In this document: one piece after another, positions 55,591-64,000 of the stretch
Layout of the letters: each line of letters starts with the position of its first letter
How positions within the stretch are numbered: position 1 is the first letter of the stretch
Assembly (NCBI GenBank): GCA_976226885.1
Contig: OZ320316.1
Coordinates: 83,514,001-83,578,000, forward strand
Length of the DNA stretch: 64,000 nucleotides
From: Iphione sp. A-MEVVRFRX5
Lineage: Eukaryota
Direction of reading: 5' to 3'
Notes under the pieces: generated by a model
The model's input: the letters and a program-made list of their open reading frames with translations, nothing else
What the model was told of the DNA's origin: nothing
Databases searched by the model: none
Translations under genes and position numbers: made by a program

Positions 55591-58500
55591 GAGAATGAGA
55601 TCAGAGGCCAGTGACTACAGTCACGAAATCAACTAGAATATCGGAAGTATGACTGGCAAGGTTGGCGTCCGTGTACCTTCTGAAGATCTGATCTGATAAC
55701 CCGAATGCTGTTTCTTTTTGTATTTTTCGATTGAGTATAAACGGTGGCAAAGTAAAGGTGACTTCTGTGTGAGGTTTCAGATAAATTACAATACAGGAAT
55801 AATGTGTACAAAGAAAAGAAATGTATAGTTTAGGTTTTAGAAAAATATGACAGTTCGCGCGGTAGGATCGCACTTCGAACGGCTGCAGCATTGTTCATCA
55901 GCCGAAGAACATTAGTTGAACCACTAGCTGGATGTCTTAGGAAGCCTTTGTATGCCTAAGTAACGGAAGGTAGAGGGGGAACACTGAGAAGAAAGCACGG
56001 CCGCCAGACTGAAGATTGTTCATTACTACACAGAAGTGGGATTGCAATCTAGCCGAACGTAATGAAGTCCCATAAAAGACTGACGCCGTGTGATATTCAG
56101 CTGTGACGCGTGTCGCCGCTCCTGCCCGCGCCACGCCTCTAATCACGACCGTGTAAGCGGCACGCGCATCATCAGCGCCTCCGCCCTCCTTATCCATAAA
56201 TCCACGGTCAAGGAGCTTAATTAACCCAGCCGCCAGTCGTTACGTTCATAAATCACCACCTCGGAGAGGGGGCGGTGAATGGCGACAGGCACCCGCCAGA
56301 CTTCCCTGCCACTGGGAGGAGGTAGGTGAGGTAGGCCTTTATGCGAAGGGGAAATCATTACCCTTCCCCCTGACTGCACATGCACGTTGTGTTTTACTCT
56401 CCGCCATCTCTGACGGCTATACGATGCATAACAAAGGCCATCGTCTGGGTACATCCGGCTCCTACTCGTCCCCTACACCCCTTCCCCTACCCCCGCCCAC
56501 AATGTTTCAACGAAGATCACGATTTGACCGTGAGGTTAGGGTGTCTTGCTAATTGCTCTACTTTCTTAAAACACAGGTGATCAGTGGTATCTTGATAAAT
56601 CAGATTCCTTTTATCTCATTGTTCTTCTACTATTAAAGATCATAAATGACGATTTCAAGTCAGATTTTGAAAATAAGGCCAAAATATTGTTTAAAATAAA
56701 TGATTATTTGTTCATATTATTCCTTTTTCATGTCATGTACATGCCAGGTATTCATAACATACACGTAGCTAAAGAAAAGGCTATTTTCATCCAAGGAACT
56801 TTTAATTTGTGATATTAGAAATGTTTTTGCTCACCAGCTGAGCCCAAATGGAAGTGACACTTTGTTCATCGCAGGGAGACAAGTAGGTTATTGCAGGTAG
56901 CTACAAATTCTTCCTAGAGACAGTTCCAATAAAGCTTTCAATACAGGTTCCAGGAGGTGTCTTCCGTCCCTAGATTTGCAAATATGCTCCTGAAACAAAA
57001 AGAATAATAATGCCTTACGATCTATATTAGGTTCCGAAGGCATAACCTTTAACATTCATACACATTATACACATTCGCACCTGACAAATAGTGCTTTGCA
57101 ATGGAATTGATGCATAGCCCAGTGAATTTAATGATTAAACGTTTACATGTAAGCAGATGTACCTTTGCCCGAGTAGATAATGATTAAAGTATTACATCAG
57201 AACACATCGAACAGTTTTACTAACAACTGCGTAACCCTAATCACAACAATGATGTAACGATGGTAATCTGGGTGAACGGGAGGCCGAAAGCTATCAGGTT
57301 TTCTTTCGGTTCTCAACATCGTCGATGTTTCAACTGTTTATGTAAATGTTGCCAGGTCAAGTTTCAGTCCCGTGCCCAAAGAAATGAGGACTAGCAACAG
57401 AAAGTTTCATTAATATTTCAGTATAAAACGGAGTTCCTCACGAACCTTTCTAAGACACACGAACATACTTAAGTGCCTAGGCAAAATAGTTTTTCTACAC
57501 CATGTTCAGCCGGAACGAATATTTAGCATCGCTGTGGGAACTATTCCTTTTAGTTCCTCTCTATCTTCAAATTATTACTACTCAGTACGGCGTTCTTCTC
57601 ATAAAAAAAACATATGCATCCAGACAGGTTGGAAAGGAGACACTAAATGCAAATGTTTGTGAACATAATTATATCCATATACAGACCACTGTATGTGATG
57701 GTAGGTATAGGATCGCTTTCTTTGCCTTTTTCAGTCTGTTACATTTTCATTTCAAGGAAATGTTTCACATTGCAAAAACACATTATAAGGGTTACGTAAA
57801 ATGCGATAATGGTCCTTTCCTAGATTAGGATTTAGATATGGATCTATCTTCACGTTGAAGATCAGCCAAAGTTGTCGCTGAGCAGCACATGCTCTCGTTA
57901 ACGTCTGCACAAAAGAAAATATTGATTGGTGACAGATATCTGCTGGGAAAATGAGAAGAACTTTCAATTACAGACGCGGTGATAGCTCTAGGAAGATATG
58001 TTGAGAATCGGAGAAAGAGTCAGTCTAGAACTAATATGTTTGCACCGTTCGGCCATTCGGGTCCATTTGGTTGTGTAGGAGCCGAAGGTACTTCAGGCCC
58101 GGTGAGTAACACGCGTATTTAGCAAAATGGATTGTCATGGTTATCAAATTGATAGCAGATGTTTCCACTTTTTAGAATCGGAGCCAGACCTTTGGGATTG
58201 AAGTAGCAATCCCACTGCCAGCCCAACAGCAGCTGTTAAGTCGGAGAATCCATTGACTTGTGCTGCTGGTCCCAGAGGTATCTGAAACTCATGTTTCCTT
58301 TAATCCCCGAGAGAAGCCTCACAACAGTTCGTTCTTCATCCGTATTCCATGAGTTGTCATGGAATATTACTACCATCGTCTAACAACACTGGCAGAGCGA
58401 TTTTGTCGTTAAAATCATATTATAACCCAAACCTACATTCCGTGACTGGCACAATTTGTCTAAATGTGATTTTCCGTGTGTATTCATCGAACTACAAGCT

Positions 58501-59260
58501 TACGACAACCAGTAAGCAAAAATGCGATTTTTCAATAAATGCAAAGTAGCCAAGGTTACGGTTCAATAGGAAATATATTGTAACATGGCAGCATTTACTG
58601 ATCTTGGAAAAACTGGCGAAGACTATGAACTGCAGGTTACCAGGAAGAATTTAAGTAGCTGAGACATTTACTGTTTAACGTTGAGAATACGGTTAACGCC
58701 TTCCAGACTAAATGGCAAACGCTCAGAAGCACAGTGACAAGTTCCGTGACCTATGCTCAAGCCTACATCAAAGAACCGAAATAGACTCTAAAGTGATAAT
58801 GACTCGGTGAGCCTCTAAATAGATGCAATGAATTGCTGAAATAATTGTTTGTATCAACAGAGATGCTGGGAAGACTAATCCATCAAGACAACGATAGTTT
58901 TGCCACCTCTATGGCCAAGGATGTAGTACAAACAAACGAACACCGGTCGTTTCCCACCATCACACCGCATTGCAACGTATCTTACATACATGATACTTGA
59001 AACCAAACCTAACAAAAGTACCCGACAAAGATATCTAAGCACTATTGGTATATGCGGCATGTTCGAATTGTTGGAACTTGAAATACTGAAGATTTTCAAT
59101 TTAGGTTTTGAAATACGATGGATATATTGTATCACTGATAAAATCTGTCTGTTCTGTCTTTATTATTTCTCAAGGTGACTAAATATGGCCTGCACACGTA
59201 AACGACAAAATACCGCGACGCACGGAAACAAGCCGCGACAGCTTATGATCGACAGGCCAC

Positions 59261-59274
59261 TCGCCAGGTGGCGC
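59261..59274 (+). promoter_or_regulatory. CTCF-like motif
   Basis: TCGCCAGGTGGCGC matches CCRSYAGRKGGCRS at 13 of 14 positions and lies in a CpG-rich patch. Confidence 0.3.
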
Positions 59275-62200
59275 AGCTGCTAACTGATGCGGTGACTGTT
59301 CTACGCATGTCCGACAGGTACATGGCAGAGAAAGGACGTTTAGACCGATGGAACAGACACCACAGGTCATTGACTCAACAAAACTGTCAGCCAAGGCGAA
59401 GTCCATACCCTTTTCTATTCTTGTTAAATAACCTACTGTGTATACGCTTCTCTTCAGGAAGCCTTATTTGCTCTCTGGTCTGCCATTTTAGGGATACACC
59501 TTTATGTCAATCAAATATCTAAACAAGTATACTTGTACATATATATGCACATGGTTTGGTATAGGTAAGGCAGAGCATGGTGCACACTGTTGGCATAGTA
59601 AGGCGCCTAATGATACCACAATTCTATTACGTGCTGGAAGTACACAACTTGTTGACCGACAGGGTCAGCCCAAAGATTATCAAAAATAATATTTAGCCTA
59701 TTCACATTTATTTACTTATAAGTAAAGACTGAAGCTGTGGGAAAAGCGGCAGAAGAAAGAATAACTTGTATTTTTACGCCCATTTCAGATGTGCAACCTC
59801 CTTGCATGAGCGCCAGAATAACGTGATTACCCTCATGTCCCATTACACCCGAGAGCATACGGGAGATCAAAGCCGAGGGTTCATGAACTTACTCTTCAGT
59901 GACCTTTCGGTCAGATATCATCCAAGGGCACCCAGTACCTATCTATTCAATAAAAAACAACTACGTTGGAGGTAAGATATCGATATCAGAGGTGACGGCA
60001 AGGGTACAGCTCCTGAGTTCCGATAGATGGATAGCAGGTATCAGACTCGTGCCTGAAGGTCAGAGACCAGTTCGCAAATGCGAACGATCGATAAAAACGG
60101 GGTATTCTAATTTTCATCGGGGCCGTCAGGTTTTTGAGGATTTAAAACCTCCCGTTTGATGAGTGTGCCTTACTATATCATCGAGCCTGGGTGCAGAGGC
60201 CGTTCATTTGACCGCTACTCGGGAGCGGGTGAATTATTTCATCATTTCCCCTCCCTTCAGTGGGACTTGTATTTACTACCACCGGGTAAGCAGGCAGATA
60301 CTGCTCTTCCTACAAGCGTTGGCTGCGCCACTATAAATGACATGCCTGACTGATGCCAAAGCAGACCTAAATATAGCACTCCCCGCGATGCCTGTGATCC
60401 TAAATAACTAATTCCAAGGAGGAATAGACCTACTTTGAACGGCACGGCAGAGGCGAAAAACCCACGTTTATTTTATCCGGAAATCAATGTAATTTTGATA
60501 GTTTTACTAAAGCATAACACTTGCATTGAATGATTAATCATTTAGCCCTCTGCATTGGGTGTAGTTTGGCGAAAATCCTAGCTACCTCTTTACTCATTTC
60601 GGAAGTACATGTACATGTAGTTACAATATTAACGTGGAGCGGACGAATAATTTTCAACAAAAAATTATTACGGACCAACCAGGAAGATGGACAACACGAA
60701 TAGCTTGTGGCACGAATTACTTTGATTGCAGCAAGTGTAAACAGGTCCCGAATAAATGCACGAGAACACTGCCAAATAACTCACGTGTGAAGAGATTGAA
60801 CACAGCCACCAAAAACCAATCACTCACTGCGGGCGGTGGGCGGCGGGTGGAGCGCCTCGGAAGCAGCAAAGACAGTCGAGCAGCTTGTGGCACTCGACGA
60901 CGTCATCTCCGCGCCCGTTCACTTCCAGGCACAAATCGGTCTCACCTCCAGCCCTCCGCGCTCTCTTCGTCACCGCCAAGCTGCTAATGGGTCTGGCGGA
61001 CAAATCCAATATTTCCACACCGCAATCTCTTTTCCCACTCTGTTGGCCGAGAAGCGACTCAAAGAAGCACATGCGAGATAACTCCTGAAATCTATTGTCA
61101 GGTGCTTAACACGTAATCACTTCGCGCTTTGCTATCTTTTGGAGACAGAATTTGTGATTGGCTTAATGATTCCTATCCTAGTTTATCTCGTAATATTTCC
61201 TGCAATTTTCTTTATGACGTTTGTGTTGCAGGGGGTACTTTAGGCTGTAGCTCAACTCTAGCTGATTTACCGGAGATCAGGCCACCTTACTGTCTTTTAC
61301 CAATTAAACGGCAACATGTTAAAGCCAGGATATTGTAGCTGGTTCGAGCCTTTTTCTTTGCAGTGACTACACTCGAAGCGCTACACCGAGGGTGTCGCAG
61401 GTCTCACCAAGTTGCTGTGAGGTCCTTCAAGTAGCTACATGGAAACCTTGAACAGGATGAGAACATACATGATGGAGCTCTGTCTTTGATTCATAGCTCT
61501 GAGATTGTATAACGTTATGCCTCCGGTGAAAACAGTTTTTTTTGACATCACAGTCTGGATTCTAGCGCAAGAGCATCATGTTATAATTCATTATGAACTT
61601 ACTATAACCTAGTTCGGTAAATAAGAATAGGGTCATAGTTTCTTAACAGATCGTTCCTGATAAGAATATATAAAACCAAAGTAACAACGTGACGATGAAT
61701 CGTAAATTCCTGGGGAGTTTCTCCTCTCAATAAGCGGCAAATGTACCCCCAATGGAGACGTGCAGTCGTTTCAATTGGGCATTGGTAGACTCCCATGGAA
61801 ATAGATGTGAAGTCCCAATACCTTGTTCGCCTGCTGGGTATAGACGTCTCTCATATTTCTTGTTGTCATGACAATCCAAAGTATGGATACACCTACTTGA
61901 ATTTCTGCCTGTAAGCAATGTCCAGTGTAATGTTACGATAACAATAGCAAATGTTAATGTTATACAATATGCATCTGTTTGGCCGCGGGAACAGACAGCT
62001 TATCACAATTCGTCTGCATAACGTCTCGTATAACCTCCTCATATTGAAATTGCATTGCCATATAGGTTCCATCTGCTCAGAAGTTTTAGCTTTTGGCAAA
62101 TTGCCAGAAGACTGTAAAGAGTATTGACATCTCAAGCCTTGTTCACGTGTCATTAAACGTTTCATTGGTTTACAGTTTTCTAAAGCTTTCATCTACGTGC

Positions 62201-63209
62201 TTAGTATGTCCTTACGAAAATCAGGTTCATGTGGCCTGACTACAATTTACGTGAGACTGAACTTTTTGAAAAGTTGATATTAGGCACAAAAAAGCTCTGT
62301 GTTTTCGTGACATGTTGAAAAAATGGAGGGTCGATCCGTAGCTGTCGCTTTTGTCATTCTTTTTTTTCAGTACTAATTCATAATGAGAACTACAAAATAT
62401 ATATCGTTGTATCACTTCCCATGGTTGGATTTTAATGAAACGTATACCAAATGAAAGCTACGGCCTCAAGAAAGAAAATGGTCCAAAGAATAAGTCTTTG
62501 ACAAGTCAACTAAATACACTAAAAAAACACGCAGCACTTAACGTACTATGTACACAGTAGGTGTGTCTCATTAGAGGTTTCTTTTCTACACATGACTTTG
62601 TCAGGTACAGCTGCTGTTGACGGTTTGAACAATTGCCTTTAATATAGAGTACTTTTACTCTTAGGCAATAATAAGCAAACCAATATTTTCTTAAATGGTA
62701 AAGTCCAGGACATGGATATGTACAATATGACGAAGACGGTGAAAATCAAACAGGTCGGACATAAGGAATCACTCCTCACCACTGATTCTATTTATTTCCT
62801 CTGTTCACTTACTAGATCACACTGCTCTTGTCCCCCAGTTTTAAATTATGTTTCATAAAAATTGATGACATTGAATGTCATGATCCATTATATAAAACGT
62901 TATTTACATGAGAATGGACCATTGGCTTTTGGATGTTTACTGTTTTCATCCCATGGAGACCTCCATAATAAACCCCAAAAGTCTTCATTTATCTAATGTC
63001 CATTATCTTACATGTATCACAGAACGATTGCGAACTATGCCCTTTTATCCTGCGGCAGAGACAAGGGTTTGGGCCACGACCGCAATATGGATCGATGACT
63101 TGGCCTTCTCGAAGGAACACAGTTTCTCAGTGCTTTTTCATGCCAATATCCGGGAGCCAAGAACCTTGATTGCAAGGCGTCCGACACCCCCCTCTTTTGA
63201 ACAAACTCA

Positions 63210-63223
63210 CCAATAGATGGCGG
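63210..63223 (+). promoter_or_regulatory. CTCF-like motif
   Basis: CCAATAGATGGCGG matches the same core at 13 of 14 positions. Confidence 0.25.
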
Positions 63224-63615
63224 GTTGGGTGAGGAAGCCTGAGATGGTAAGTGGGCGGGGACAGTACCTCTCTGAGTGTCTGTGGTAGTTCGGATGCGTC
63301 AAAACCTTTGTCAAGGACGGCTAAGCTTCGGGAAGCATTGATGTATAGCCTTAATGTGTTTTAGGGCTGATCATTGGGATCGTTAATCTCGAGATGACCG
63401 GCAGTACACACCGTCAGATACATCACTTGTTTTTCGTTATTTATATGACCGAGGCAGATGTATAGACATGCATTGGTAGACGAAAGGTCACACTCTCTTT
63501 ACAGAAGACCATAGGATGAAATTTTGAAATCGGCAAAATTTGGTTTCTATTAAATTTCTTAAGACTGCTTTATTTCAGTACAACCCACAATATTGTAACT
63601 GCTTAAAAATCGACC

Positions 63616-63643
63616 GTGTGTGTATGTGTGTGTGCGTGTGTGT
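63616..63643. repeat. Imperfect (TG)n microsatellite
   Basis: GTGTGTGTATGTGTGTGTGCGTGTGTGT. Confidence 0.9.
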
Positions 63644-64000
63644 ACCATGGCTTGTGCGTTCTTTACAGGTCTGATAGAGGCATCATACAATTTCATGCTA
63701 TGAGCAACACATTTATATACGTCTGGGGACATTATTCGCTGTATGAATTAATATGAATTATATGTTATGTTATCGGATATGCAACTATATATGCACCATG
63801 AAAAGTGCAATGATTGGTCCTATCTACTCACATATCAAAGGTACATTCACATGTATATGCCAGCCTTTGAGGGTTTAAGTCAGATTTGACACTTTAGTTG
63901 TTTTATTGGTCGTAACAAACGAGTTGCCGATAGCCAACACAAGGTTCCCAGTCTTGTTGTGTGTCCTCCAAAACCTTTTATGCTTTCAAGGTAATTTGCA

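Noticed and set aside
61243-61356. tRNA-like A box and GGTTCGAGCC B box followed by TTTTT
   Set aside because: The boxes are about 95 nt apart and no acceptor stem is evident.

Overview
AT-rich animal genomic DNA, most likely a marine invertebrate; the taxon cannot be fixed from sequence alone. It holds one host gene: a 9-coding-exon Cys-loop receptor on the minus strand (31332-55590, 486 aa assembled by hand) resembling the GRD/alpha-like GABA receptor subunit. The rest is mostly retroelements. (1) An intact CR1/L2-group LINE ORF2 at 1990-4773. (2) A young, complete, very GC-rich Ty3/Gypsy element at 9800-20158, with 311-bp LTRs, ATAT target-site duplication, tRNA-Leu primer site and a -1 frameshift signal; after integrase it carries a large non-env coding extension with two C2H2 zinc fingers, NLS-like motifs and an unassigned C-terminal domain. 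(3) Two copies of a ~1.5-kb LTR. (4) A decayed LINE in intron 4 that appears to carry an ORF1-type RRM fused to a NADAR-like domain, then an E-box/TATA/Inr module, an SGNH esterase ORF and APE-RT. The same promoter-like module recurs as a convergent pair at 23.9-25.1 kb. Domain calls come from motif recognition by eye, not database searches.
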